The notes under the pieces are model-generated. The model saw nothing but the letters and a program-made list of their open reading frames with translations, was not told the DNA's origin and ran no database searches. DNA of 64,000 nt from contig JBHHXN010000008.1 of NCBI GenBank assembly GCA_046757025.1, positions 1 to 64,000 of the forward strand. Reading direction: 5' to 3'. Below are positions 1-10,453 of this stretch, piece by piece; positions within the stretch are counted from its first letter, which is position 1; the number at the start of each line of letters is the position of its first letter. Source of the stretch: a bacterium. GTDB lineage: Bacteria; Zhuqueibacterota; Zhuqueibacteria; Oceanimicrobiales; Oceanimicrobiaceae. Made by a program: the position numbers and the translations under genes.

Positions 1-7
1 GCTCATC

Positions 8-63
8 GGGAATCTCGTGCCTAACTGAACAATGGATTCCGGCTTCAAGATTGCGGGAATGAC
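8..63. repeat. Partial REP/MITE-like palindromic repeat (GGGAATC...GGATTCC...GCGGGAATGAC type)
   Basis: gggaatc (8-14) pairs with gattcc (35-40), followed by gcgggaatgac; resembles the right half of the common GTCATTCCCGC...GCGGGAATGAC intergenic hairpin; truncated by the window edge. Confidence 0.45.
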
Positions 64-744
64 AAAAAAGGGATCTTTACGGCTGGACACTAATTAGGTA
101 CGGAAACTGCAGTTATTTCTTCTCTCCCCTCAGGTTCATCGATTGAGTTCAAAACTCAATTAATTCGTATCTGAACGAAATCGATTCCTCTCTCCCTCAC
201 AAGCCTCCTGGCCGTGGGGAATCCCTGCTTAGCCCGTCACGACCTGTGTGGAGCTTAGTCGAAGGGACGCTTTCGCATAGATGAAGTTGTCCAGTTACTT
301 TGGGCTCAATCAAATGAACAAAAGACGAGAAAAAACCGTATCCGTAAGCTCAAAATCAACAGCGAAATGCCAACTGCCAACAACTGAATGGGAACCAGAT
401 ATGTAAATTTATTTTATTTTGAGTGCCACAATATTTTTAAAGAATTGCTGATTTCTCACGATTGTATAACAGTATGTTAATACAATTGTTTATTTTACGC
501 AAATGGTCAACACTGCCAGTATGTTTTCGTGTAATTTCAAGGAGCGGGTTCTGATATTTGCCGCTCCTTATTTTTTCATCGGTTTGAATTCGTTTTTTTA
601 ATTTATTTTGAAGCCAGGGAAGGCGAACGTCGATTTGCTCCAAAAGATTTTTAAAACAGATTTCCTTTCAAAAGCAAATTCCTTAATCAACAATTTAACA
701 GTTGTGTTTGAAGGTCTAATATTTACAATTTGAAGAGGCAATGT

Positions 745-3700
745 ATGTCCGCGCCATTTTATTTAAAATTAAAATTCAAATTACTTTTGTGGGGGATATT
801 GCTCACGGTTTTTCCAATAAATATTTTTGCACAAAATGAAGCACCAAAAGTACTTTCCAATTTTACACCTTCGCGGTTTTCTTTGCAAAACGACTCCAGG
901 CCCACTATTCAGGTGCCGTTTGACAGTCCGCTGGATGAATCCACGGTGACCGATCAAAGCATTTTAGTCTTCGGCAACCGCAGCGGTTTTCATCGCGGCA
1001 CCATCGCTTACAATGCTGCTTCCAATACGATTTCGTTTGATACGGTGACGCCCTACGAAGCCGGCGAGATGGTGACAGTGGTTTTGACGCCAGCCATTAA
1101 AGGCGCCAACGGGGTGGCGCTGTCTGCCAGTTTTCAATGGGCTTTTTACATTCAAGCAACAACCGGCACCGCGAAATTTAAATTGGATTCCGCTTATGCA
1201 GCCGGCGACGGACCACACTATGTAGAAGTCGGTAATTTTAACAACGATAACAAGCTGGATATTGCGGTTCCGCACAGCCGGTCCAATGATGTTTTTACCT
1301 GGACCAACCTCGATTCCGGCATCTTTCAACAAAGAAACGTGGTAGGGGTCGGCAACCGACCGCGAGCTTTGACCAGCGGGGATCTCGATTCGGATGGCGA
1401 TCTCGATTTGGCGGTGGTGAGCGAATCGCAGAATTCGGTTGTAATTTTGAGTAACGATGGTACGGGTACCTTCACCAACGACACAACACTGACTGCCGGC
1501 AACGGTCCGGCGTTCATCACAAACGGAGATATTAACGGCGACGGCTTTCTGGATCTGGTGACTGTCAACGGAAATGACAATTCCATCACCGTGCATTTCA
1601 ACCAAAACGGAAGCAGCTTTCAGGCGGGGGTGCCGTTTGCAGTGGATGTCAATCCACAGGAAGCTTATTTAGGGGATTTTGATAACGATGGCTCCCTTGA
1701 CGTGGTGGTATCCAATTCTGACACCAACACGGTTTCTTTGTTGTTCAATGACGGCACGGGTAATTTTCTGGCCGCCCGGAATTTTACCGTCGGCAGACGA
1801 CCGCACAGCATCGAAGGGCAGGATTTGAACGGAGATGGCAGGTTGGACGTGGTGGTGGCGAACCGGCTGGATGACAATGTCACCGTACTGTTCAACATCG
1901 GCGGTGCTGCGGTGTTTTCCCTGCCCAGCGATTTCGCAGCGGGCAATGACCCCATCGCTCTAACCACTGGCGACTGGGATGGCGACCTCGATGTGGATTT
2001 TGTGGTAAGCAACAAAAACTCCAGCAATATGCAGGTGTTTTTAAATAACGGCGCCGGTTTTTTCACTCAGGATTCGCTGTATGCGACCGGCCAACAGCCC
2101 AGAGGAATCAATTCAGGCGATTTTAACGGCGACGGTGTGCTCGATCTGGGCGTGGCAAATTGGAGCTCGGACACTCTGCAAATTTTTTTAAATGCCTTTC
2201 GCCAGCCTGAAAATCTGGCCCCGGAAGCGCCGGCTTTGATCGCTCCGAATGATCTGTTTTTCTTTAATCCCGATTCCGAAAGCGTCATCCTGACCTGGAG
2301 AGTTCCGGTGGATACCGAAGGCGATTTGTTGCACTTTGTGATTGAAATCGCTCAGAGCGCGAGTTTTGTTTCTCCCACCATTTATGATTCTCGTGCGGAT
2401 GCTGGATTTTCACCGGCGGCTCCTTATGATCAAAATACCGCGACCGTGAGTTTTGATTTACCCAAACCTGCTGCCGACGGCGTTTTCTGGTGGCGGGTTT
2501 CAGCCTGGGATGGCGGGAAATTTAGCGTGCCTTCGCAGCCAAGAAGATACAAAGTGGACGGCACCCGGCCCAATATCGATGCGGTGGTCATGACCGCTGC
2601 AGACTTGCTGCCCAACTGGTATAATCCCGGCACCACCGGCGCCATCGACTTTGGGGTGCAATACGATGAAAATAATGCCCTGCGCGCGGAATTCGATCTG
2701 GGTGTGTTTGGCCAGGTGAGCCAGAACATCACCAGCGGACAGAACCGCATCATCCAGGTCCCGGTCAATCTCACCGGCGCTGCCGACGGCCAATATGCCC
2801 TGTCCGTTACAATCATCGACAGCGTCGGCAATCGCTCGAGTACCGACACAGAAATTAGATTGGACAACACTCCGCCAGTGGGCGCTTTTGCCAGTTCCCC
2901 GCAAAATTCCTCTTCGCCTGATTTCCAGGTGAGCTGGGGCAGTGGCGCGTCGGACGGCAGCGGTGTCGGCGTGGAGGGATTTGAGGTGCGCGTGCAAATC
3001 AACAACGGCCCCTGGCAGAGTTGGCGCACCACCAGCGTTTTAGACACATCCGCAATTTACCCGGGCGAACACGGCAACCAATACGGCTTCGAAGCCATCG
3101 CTTTTGATTCACTAGGAAATCGGCCGCAATTCAGTGAAACCGCGCAAACCGTGACCGTCGTGGATACCACTTCTGACGATGTCACGGCGCCGGCTGCGCC
3201 CATTTCACTCACTGTGAACGGTCAGAACCCCAGTCCCTGGCAAAACTCGGCGCAATTTGAAATTCAATGGCAAGCGCCGGCGGACGCCAGCGGTATCGGT
3301 CGCGCCTTTTACAAATTAGGGGATGCCCCTTTGAGCAATAATGATTTTTCTGGCACCATTAGCGACACCACGGCAACCACCGTCAGCGTACAGCAGGAAG
3401 ACGGGCAATTTTTTCATTTGTGGTTTGAAGACCAGCGAGGGAATGTCGATTTTCAGAATCATAGCTCGGTGCTTTTGCGTTATGACGCCACCAGCCCTAA
3501 AATCGTGGAGCTCGATCTCATCAATCCGGATTTATTGCCGAACTGGTATAATCCAAGTCAAAGGGCCGACATGGAGGTGGAAATAAATTACGACGAGCTG
3601 CATCTGCAGCAGCTCACGCTGCAGGTTGCTGGCCTGGACTCCATCGATGTCCGGCCGCCGCGCAGCGGTTTGGACATATTCGAAACGCTCAGCCTCAGCA

Positions 3701-5775
3701 TCCAGAACAAAGAAGATGGCCAGTACAATTTGACCTTTATTTTAACCGATAGCGCAGGCAATTCCACGCGGCTGGACACTATGACTATTTTGCTCGATCA
3801 AACCGGTCCTATCGGTACCGTGGCTTCCTCACCCGCCACCAGTGCCATTGATTCCTTCATGGTTAGCTGGAGTGGTACCGGCACCGACGGCAACGGTGTC
3901 GGGCTAACTCAACGCTACGATGTGCAGTACCAGGTGGATGGCGGTCCCTGGCAGCCGTGGCTTACCGATTTTACCAGTACGTTCAAAATTTTCAAAGGTG
4001 AAAACGGCAAAACCTACGGCTTCGAGGTAGTGGCTTATGACTTGCTTGGCAACCGCGAAACTTTTCACGATACCGCCGAAACCGCCACCCTTATCGATAT
4101 TGAATTCGTGGACGTCACCGCGCCCACCATCTTTCATACCTCGCCTCTGGTGGTTGAGGAAGGTCAGAAAATTACCCTTCAAGCGGTGATCGAAGACGAT
4201 ATTCAGATCACCGAAGCTTCTTTGTTTTACCGGGCTAGCGGAGATGTCAGCTTCAAATCGGTAGCCATGAGCGATTCTGGCAACGGCAATTTTCAAGTTA
4301 CGTTGCCTTCGGAAGAGATTTCTGTGTTTGGGATCAATTACTTCATCGAAGCAACAGATGGAAGCAATTTTGCTTATCATCCCACCAGTAACTGGACTAC
4401 GGTTCCGAACAATCTGTCTGTGCGCATTTCCGGCAGCAATGAAGAAGGATTGCGTAAAAACCAGCCCCAGCCCGGTGGTGATCAGGATTTCTTCTACCGC
4501 ATGATATCGGTACCGCTGAATTTGGAAAACAAAGATCCGCTGGCGGTTTTGGAAGACGACCTCGGCGCGTACGATCCCCAAAACTGGCGATTGTTTCAGT
4601 ATGTTACCAGTAGCGACAGTTATTCTGAATATCCGCAGGTTTCTGCATTTAGTCCCGGCTCAGCTTTCTGGCTTATCGTGCGCGCACCGGACAAAGTGCT
4701 CGATTCGGGAATAGGTACCACGGTGGTCACAAATCAGCCTTTTCAAATTACCCTAAATACCGGCTGGACCGATTTCGGATTGCCATTTAATTTTCCAGTG
4801 GACTGGTCGAATGTGCAGGTTGTTCTGGGCAATGCTTCCGATATCATGGGGCCTTACACCTATCAGGAGGAGTGGCTTCTGCCAAATCAAATTACCACGT
4901 TACAACCGTGGGAAGGCTACACTGTTTACAGTCAGGCTGACAACGTGATCCTTGAAATTTTACCGATCAAATCCGTCTCTCTCTCAAACCTGCAGATGGC
5001 CATGCAAAAGGCATTTGGAGGAACAGACTGGCAGTTGAACATCGAGGCTTACAGCGGCTCTTTAAAAGATCGGTCGAATTACTTAGGGGTCGCGGAAAAT
5101 GCCCGCCTCGATCGGGACGCCATGGATTATCTGGAACCGCCGTTCATCGCGGACTTTGTTTCATTGCGGTTCCCGCATCCGGATTGGCAGATGTACCACG
5201 GTCGATTCACCACCGACTTTCGACCGCCATTTGAAGAGGGACAAATCTGGCAATTCGAAGTGGAATCCAGCGTCCAAAACGAGCCTGTGCATCTAAAATT
5301 TCAACATCTGGACTCGCTGCCATCTGAGCTGCGAATCGTCTTGCTGGATAAAACCACCCGTCAAAAAATCACCATCAGCCAAAATCCAGAGTATCGTTAT
5401 TTGCCGTTGAAAGGTGAGTCCCTGCGGGAATTTGAATTGTTTGTCGGCAGCGAGGAATTTATCGAATCCTCACAGCGATTGCAAGAGCTGGTACCGCAGT
5501 CGTTTGCGCTCAGTCAAAATTACCCCAACCCGTTTAACGCCGGCACCACTATGACTTACCAGGTTTCTGAACCGACACTGGTTGAGATCCAGGTCCTGAA
5601 CATTCTGGGCCAGATTGTTCGAGAATTGGTTTCAGAGAAAAAACAGCCGGGTGTTTATCGAGTTCATTGGGATGCCACGGCCGATGCCGGCATCCCCATC
5701 GGCTCCGGCGTGTATCTGGTTAAATTTAAAGCGGGCTCCTTCCAGCAAATCCGCAAAATAGTATTGGTACGTTAA
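745..5775 (+). CDS. Large secreted protein: Ig-like domain, FG-GAP/VCBS Ca-binding repeats, duplicated Ig/FN3-like modules, C-terminal FlgD-Ig/T9SS-type sorting domain
   Basis: ORF 730..5775; ATG 745 follows GAGG; signal peptide ending IFA-Q; repeated GDxDxDGxLD motifs; C-terminal FALSQNYPNPFN...GVYLVKF...KIVLVR. Confidence 0.85.
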   Translation: MSAPFYLKLKFKLLLWGILLTVFPINIFAQNEAPKVLSNFTPSRFSLQNDSRPTIQVPFDSPLDESTVTDQSILVFGNRSGFHRGTIAYNAASNTISFDTVTPYEAGEMVTVVLTPAIKGANGVALSASFQWAFYIQATTGTAKFKLDSAYAAGDGPHYVEVGNFNNDNKLDIAVPHSRSNDVFTWTNLDSGIFQQRNVVGVGNRPRALTSGDLDSDGDLDLAVVSESQNSVVILSNDGTGTFTNDTTLTAGNGPAFITNGDINGDGFLDLVTVNGNDNSITVHFNQNGSSFQAGVPFAVDVNPQEAYLGDFDNDGSLDVVVSNSDTNTVSLLFNDGTGNFLAARNFTVGRRPHSIEGQDLNGDGRLDVVVANRLDDNVTVLFNIGGAAVFSLPSDFAAGNDPIALTTGDWDGDLDVDFVVSNKNSSNMQVFLNNGAGFFTQDSLYATGQQPRGINSGDFNGDGVLDLGVANWSSDTLQIFLNAFRQPENLAPEAPALIAPNDLFFFNPDSESVILTWRVPVDTEGDLLHFVIEIAQSASFVSPTIYDSRADAGFSPAAPYDQNTATVSFDLPKPAADGVFWWRVSAWDGGKFSVPSQPRRYKVDGTRPNIDAVVMTAADLLPNWYNPGTTGAIDFGVQYDENNALRAEFDLGVFGQVSQNITSGQNRIIQVPVNLTGAADGQYALSVTIIDSVGNRSSTDTEIRLDNTPPVGAFASSPQNSSSPDFQVSWGSGASDGSGVGVEGFEVRVQINNGPWQSWRTTSVLDTSAIYPGEHGNQYGFEAIAFDSLGNRPQFSETAQTVTVVDTTSDDVTAPAAPISLTVNGQNPSPWQNSAQFEIQWQAPADASGIGRAFYKLGDAPLSNNDFSGTISDTTATTVSVQQEDGQFFHLWFEDQRGNVDFQNHSSVLLRYDATSPKIVELDLINPDLLPNWYNPSQRADMEVEINYDELHLQQLTLQVAGLDSIDVRPPRSGLDIFETLSLSIQNKEDGQYNLTFILTDSAGNSTRLDTMTILLDQTGPIGTVASSPATSAIDSFMVSWSGTGTDGNGVGLTQRYDVQYQVDGGPWQPWLTDFTSTFKIFKGENGKTYGFEVVAYDLLGNRETFHDTAETATLIDIEFVDVTAPTIFHTSPLVVEEGQKITLQAVIEDDIQITEASLFYRASGDVSFKSVAMSDSGNGNFQVTLPSEEISVFGINYFIEATDGSNFAYHPTSNWTTVPNNLSVRISGSNEEGLRKNQPQPGGDQDFFYRMISVPLNLENKDPLAVLEDDLGAYDPQNWRLFQYVTSSDSYSEYPQVSAFSPGSAFWLIVRAPDKVLDSGIGTTVVTNQPFQITLNTGWTDFGLPFNFPVDWSNVQVVLGNASDIMGPYTYQEEWLLPNQITTLQPWEGYTVYSQADNVILEILPIKSVSLSNLQMAMQKAFGGTDWQLNIEAYSGSLKDRSNYLGVAENARLDRDAMDYLEPPFIADFVSLRFPHPDWQMYHGRFTTDFRPPFEEGQIWQFEVESSVQNEPVHLKFQHLDSLPSELRIVLLDKTTRQKITISQNPEYRYLPLKGESLREFELFVGSEEFIESSQRLQELVPQSFALSQNYPNPFNAGTTMTYQVSEPTLVEIQVLNILGQIVRELVSEKKQPGVYRVHWDATADAGIPIGSGVYLVKFKAGSFQQIRKIVLVR

Positions 5776-5795
5776 AAAATTTAAGGAACAAATCT

Positions 5796-6542
5796 ATGAA
5801 AATGAGACATAAAATCTGGTTTGGGGGATTGATGGGGATCCTGATTTTCAATCTTCAGCTCTGGGGGCAGGACAAAGCGTTGCCGCAGCTTATCAACGGC
5901 AAAAAGTTTTTTTGGGAAGCCAAATTCGATCAATCCATGCAGGCTTTGAAAGAAGTGATCGGTATCCAGGACGCCAAAACCGAATATTTGTTCGAAGCGT
6001 ATTTGTACATGGGTTTTGTTTTGACCCGGCAGAACGCCGCCAGCTCTGAAGTGGATGCAGCTTTCGAACAGGCTGTTAAATTGGATCCCAAAAGAAAACT
6101 GGATGAGTTAGTGATTCCGCCAGATTTATCCGAAAGATTTAACCGCATCCGTCGTCAGCACGTGGGCTGCGTGTACGTGACCTCGGATCCGGAAGACATC
6201 GAATTCGTGGTAGTGCAAGACGATTCGGTGTTGTACAGCGAATTCACACCCATATTGATCTGCGAGTTAATGAATAAAAAATTTCAATTATTGATCATCG
6301 AAGAAGATTACGAAGAAAAATATATGCCGCTTACCGTCTCTTCGGGCAAAGTGGACACTTTGTATCTCAGCTTAACCCCCGCTTACACTGAAAAGAAATC
6401 CGGTAAAAAAATGTGGACCTGGTTTGCTAGGGGCGGCATTCTTGCTACGGCGGCCGCGGTGCTGTACAAAACGGTTATTGCAAGCAAGGGTGCAGAAGTT
6501 GAAACCCTGCCCGGGCCGCCAGTGCGTCCACCTCGCAATTAG
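5796..6542 (+). CDS. Secreted/membrane TPR-like protein with PEGA-like segment and C-terminal hydrophobic helix
   Basis: AAGGA RBS; signal peptide; EAYLYMGFVL...AFEQAVKLDP TPR-like pair; VYVTSDP PEGA-like start; basic stretch + WTWF + hydrophobic helix, Pro-rich tail. Confidence 0.6.
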   Translation: MKMRHKIWFGGLMGILIFNLQLWGQDKALPQLINGKKFFWEAKFDQSMQALKEVIGIQDAKTEYLFEAYLYMGFVLTRQNAASSEVDAAFEQAVKLDPKRKLDELVIPPDLSERFNRIRRQHVGCVYVTSDPEDIEFVVVQDDSVLYSEFTPILICELMNKKFQLLIIEEDYEEKYMPLTVSSGKVDTLYLSLTPAYTEKKSGKKMWTWFARGGILATAAAVLYKTVIASKGAEVETLPGPPVRPPRN

Positions 6543-6553
6543 TGATTTTTGAT

Positions 6554-8731
6554 TTACATTTTTGAGAAAGTAAAGGCCACGCGTTTAGTCGCGCCTTTCT
6601 CAACCACCACGATAATGTCGCGTGGAATGGAATTAAATCCCTCTCGTCTCACTTCAATGGTATGAGAACCGACCGGTAATTTAACTTCTAATGGCGTGGT
6701 ATTGGGGGTGCCACCCCAGAGATTACCATCGATATAAACATAGCCAAAACCAAACGTCGCAGCGTTTTTAAGAGAGATGGCCACCTTACCGAACTCCGCT
6801 TTGGCAAAGTCATGTTTCACCCGCAAAACCTGTCCCACTTTTAAATTGACCGTTTGCTGCCACGACTTTTTCAAGCTGGCATTGACAAACCGGATTTGAT
6901 GTTCGCCCCATGGCAAAGTGATTTCTAACGGCTGGCCGTTTTGCCTATAGAGGTTGCCGTCCACCAAAATCGAATCGGCTTTGGGCTGCGGGTCTAAAAT
7001 GATTTTGCCAAAAATGTCTAATTTAGGTTTTAGGTCAAAATTTAACACCGGAGAAGTATTCGTGGCTGTGAACTGCTGCGTCACCGTTTCGTAGCCCTTT
7101 TGCGAAACCCGCACAGTGTAGGATTGGTTGATTTGAAGTTTGTCCAATTTTAAAAGGCCGCTGGCACTGGTTTTACCTTTAAATTGGTCGTTTACAAAAA
7201 CCAGAGCTTGGATGGGTTTGTTGTTGGCTTTCACATTAAAAGTTACCGCAGCGGTTTTGGCGGCCGGCGGTTGCGTGTTTTTCGCCGGCTTCGGTTTTGG
7301 CGCGTTAACCACCTTCGGCCGATCGCTGACTTTCTCTGCTCTCTTTGTGATTGCTTCGGATCCCTTCTTCGGTTCGGACTGGCTTTCAACCTTCTTGCTT
7401 TCCACGTGATTTACCAGCGGTTGCGCGCTTTTGGTGGGGGCCGCGCTTTCTTCCGGCAGCTCCGGCTTGCTGTGGTTACTCACAAGCAATTCGGTCATCG
7501 AATCTGGCTGTGAAACCACTTCTTCGATATCCTGCCCGGTGAGCAGGGAGCTTTCCGTTTGTGGGGATTCGGGAAGGATATCAGCCAATTGGTCCACGGG
7601 GTTGGCTGTGGATTTAAATTCGCTGAATTCATAATCGGGTTCGGTTGTTTTTAAAAATGGCAGCGGTAGCTGGTTTGTACTAACCAAAATAATGGAAACC
7701 AGCAAAATCAAGGCCAGCCCCATCCAGGCCCATTTTTTGGAGTTAAAAGTCGTAGCCCGGCGGTACGAGGGTTCTTTTGTTTTCCGTGAGGAAAAGTTTT
7801 GTTTATTATCGGACGCTATGTCATCTTCAAAAAAGTGCTTTTGGGTTTTTTCCAGCTCGTACTTAAAATCAACTTCTGCTGGATTGATCAAATCGCTGCT
7901 CTCGTTCACGTTGAAAAACTGCTGATTTAACTTTTTGAACGCCTCCACAAATTGTTTTAAATTTTGGTAGCGTTTTTCCGGTTCGGTCTGCAGCGCTTTT
8001 GTTACAATGGCATCGAGTTCGGGGGGCACGTCCTCCGGCATGTTTAACAGCGACAGTTTAGCCTCGATGTGTTTGTCCTGAATTTCAGCGACACTGCTGC
8101 CGGTGTAAGGAGGCGACCCGGCTAAAAATTGATACAAGATTATTCCAATCGAATAAATATCAATTCGGCTGTCTGTTTTATCAATTGAATCATAAATTTC
8201 CGGCGAAATGTACTGGGTCAAATACAGCGATTCTCGTTGCTCATCTTTGAATATTTCCGGCGTGAACCAGCTAAAACCAAAATCATCAATTTTGATGTTG
8301 CCATCAGAGTTGATGTAGATACTTTTGGGATTTAGGATGCCGTGTGACATGCCATGCAGATGGGCGTATCGTACCGTGCTGGTAATTCGAATAAAAATTT
8401 CAATCAAATCCTGAAAAGAAAGCGAAAATGTTTCTTTGATCAAAGAATTGATCGGCTCCCAATCCACGGGCTCGGCAGAAATGAAATGCTGATCACGGTC
8501 GCTGCCATAGTCGTACACATTATAAATATTCGGATTTTTGAACAATTTCAACATGTGCGCGCTGCTCATGAAGTTGACCACATACTGGTTGTTTTGCGCC
8601 AACTTTTCGTCGAGCACCTTTAAAAAAACCCGCTTATCATCGGTCAAATCGATGGCATCGTATAAGGTGTAACAAATCTTGTTGCAAATTTTTCTGTTTA
8701 TTTTAAATTTATAAAGCTGCTGGAACGTCAT
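6554..8731 (-). CDS. Membrane-anchored Ser/Thr kinase-like protein (probable pseudokinase) with extracellular PEGA domains
   Basis: PknB-like fold (VFLKVL, DDFG, YISPE, DIYSIGIILYQFLAG.PPY), TM helix WAWMGLALILLVSIILV, low-complexity linker, PEGA repeats (VYIDG...TPL...LPVGSHTIEVRREGF). Confidence 0.85.
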   Translation of the reverse strand: MTFQQLYKFKINRKICNKICYTLYDAIDLTDDKRVFLKVLDEKLAQNNQYVVNFMSSAHMLKLFKNPNIYNVYDYGSDRDQHFISAEPVDWEPINSLIKETFSLSFQDLIEIFIRITSTVRYAHLHGMSHGILNPKSIYINSDGNIKIDDFGFSWFTPEIFKDEQRESLYLTQYISPEIYDSIDKTDSRIDIYSIGIILYQFLAGSPPYTGSSVAEIQDKHIEAKLSLLNMPEDVPPELDAIVTKALQTEPEKRYQNLKQFVEAFKKLNQQFFNVNESSDLINPAEVDFKYELEKTQKHFFEDDIASDNKQNFSSRKTKEPSYRRATTFNSKKWAWMGLALILLVSIILVSTNQLPLPFLKTTEPDYEFSEFKSTANPVDQLADILPESPQTESSLLTGQDIEEVVSQPDSMTELLVSNHSKPELPEESAAPTKSAQPLVNHVESKKVESQSEPKKGSEAITKRAEKVSDRPKVVNAPKPKPAKNTQPPAAKTAAVTFNVKANNKPIQALVFVNDQFKGKTSASGLLKLDKLQINQSYTVRVSQKGYETVTQQFTATNTSPVLNFDLKPKLDIFGKIILDPQPKADSILVDGNLYRQNGQPLEITLPWGEHQIRFVNASLKKSWQQTVNLKVGQVLRVKHDFAKAEFGKVAISLKNAATFGFGYVYIDGNLWGGTPNTTPLEVKLPVGSHTIEVRREGFNSIPRDIIVVVEKGATKRVAFTFSKM

Positions 8732-9153
8732 TAATTCTACCCGCTTTGTATGTTTGGTGTTTAACTTTAGTTTGTGATATCGATTGAAAACAAGATTTCC
8801 CTGAAACCGACAGCCGAGAATAAAAATAAACCGGCTCTAAGGTTGTTTAGAGCCCGTTTAAAAGTCTATATGCATTAACATTAATATGCAGACTATTTAC
8901 ATTGAAAACATACACTTTATGCAACTCTTTTGCAGAAACATGAAACGCGAAACAACTCTGAAAATTAATTCGAGTTTAACCTAATTTTTCTTTAACAAAA
9001 AAAGACTTTTGAAAATTAATTTCAAACTGACATTTATCATACTCGAGCGATATTCTTCTTGAAATTTGAGGTGAATAGTTATACATTCCGACCATCCCAC
9101 GGTTCTTTACTAATCATGGTGTGAAGATTTGTGGGTTTTTATTAAGTGGATAA

Positions 9154-10281
9154 TTGAACATGAAATTCTTTTTTCATAAATCGCAGATACTATTCTTTTG
9201 TTTATTTTTTCTGAGTCCAAATAACTCGGTTTCGGCTTTTCAGACATCACACACCACGGTGCTTCTGGTCATCGATTCGGAGCTGCGGCAGTTCGTCGAT
9301 AAAGTCCAGGAAATTTATTCTGAACCGTTGGCGAATTATGCCATTAATCGCCAACTCCTGCAAGCCGCTCTGATGTTCGACGCATTTGGAGCGTATGGTA
9401 TCCGTTTCAAGTCTAAAAATAAAGATGCTGCCTTTGCTCTCAAACTGATGAATGCAGACAGCTTGACTCTAACACCCGATTTAAGTGTCTTTGCTCGCCT
9501 GAGAGGAAATGAGGAAGAATTGCTGCTCATCTACGCCGCCGCTTTGGAGGCCGCCGGAATTCCCACGGCCATTCTGCAAACGCCCCAGCGCTTTTATGTG
9601 ATGATCAATACCGGCATTCACCGAAAATATGCCGGTTCGGTTTCAAGAGATATCACTTCCTATTTGATCAAAAATGATTATGTTTATCTGTGTGTTGATA
9701 TGCAGGAATTGGGGAAGCCGTTTTACCGAGCCTGGCAAAATACCCGGGGCAAACTCAAAGGGAAGCAGATTAAATTCCTGCCGGTGAATCTATCTTTCTC
9801 GGCAAAGGATAAGTCTCGGCGGGTAAATATTTTTGTCAGTAAAATCAATCGAAAAAATATTGATAAACGGTTTGACCGCGATAAAAATTATTTTGAAGGC
9901 CAAGAGCAGCAGTCAAAATTGCAAAAAGTTACCGAAGTCAAGGCCCGCAACCAGCGCCAGGCGCTTCGGCATCTGAAAAAGGGCCAAACTTTATTAAATC
10001 TCGGTTCCTACGAAAAGGCCATTTTTGAATTAGAAAAAGCCATTGACTTTGGCGGGGATCAAGGCAAAGCCCTCTATCTGATTGCCAAAGCCTTTGGTGA
10101 AAATAAACAGTTCCAGAAAATGAAACAAACCGCTTTGAGATTGATTGAATTCAATCACCGCGATCCCAGAGGATTTAGAATCCTGGGCATTGCCTATTAT
10201 TACACCGGGCAACCCAAAATCGCAGATGGTTTTTATTCGAAAGCGAATTATTTGGAAAAGAAAATCTTCAGTTTGAAATAG
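9154..10281 (+). CDS. Exported protein with degenerate transglutaminase-like domain and C-terminal TPRs
   Basis: Signal peptide; GNEEELLLIYAAALEAAGIPTAILQTPQRFYVMINTG resembles the GDCDD...LLES.GI....PGH...F.TG family; TPRs (LGSYEKAIFELEKAI; GFRILGIAYYYTG). Confidence 0.6.
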   Translation: MNMKFFFHKSQILFFCLFFLSPNNSVSAFQTSHTTVLLVIDSELRQFVDKVQEIYSEPLANYAINRQLLQAALMFDAFGAYGIRFKSKNKDAAFALKLMNADSLTLTPDLSVFARLRGNEEELLLIYAAALEAAGIPTAILQTPQRFYVMINTGIHRKYAGSVSRDITSYLIKNDYVYLCVDMQELGKPFYRAWQNTRGKLKGKQIKFLPVNLSFSAKDKSRRVNIFVSKINRKNIDKRFDRDKNYFEGQEQQSKLQKVTEVKARNQRQALRHLKKGQTLLNLGSYEKAIFELEKAIDFGGDQGKALYLIAKAFGENKQFQKMKQTALRLIEFNHRDPRGFRILGIAYYYTGQPKIADGFYSKANYLEKKIFSLK

Positions 10282-10453
10282 TAAAATGCACTTGATTTTT
10301 CAAGAGGAATTGCTTAACATTTTGCGGTAACGGAGCGTTGAATAAAAAATCACTATCTGTTTTCAATGTTTCTATTTTTGACGGTTCGTAATGAATACCT
10401 ATAATCTTTCGTAAAATGAGGTAAGTTCTCAATAGTCATTTATATGAGGCATT

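Noticed and set aside
964..4581. Long antisense ORFs here and at 34496..35410 and 53233..53886
   Set aside because: Shadow ORFs of well-supported genes with no recognisable motifs
8833..8865. GGCTCTAA...TTAGAGCC palindrome resembling IS ends
   Set aside because: Too short, with no partner end or transposase; cannot be distinguished from an operator or chance
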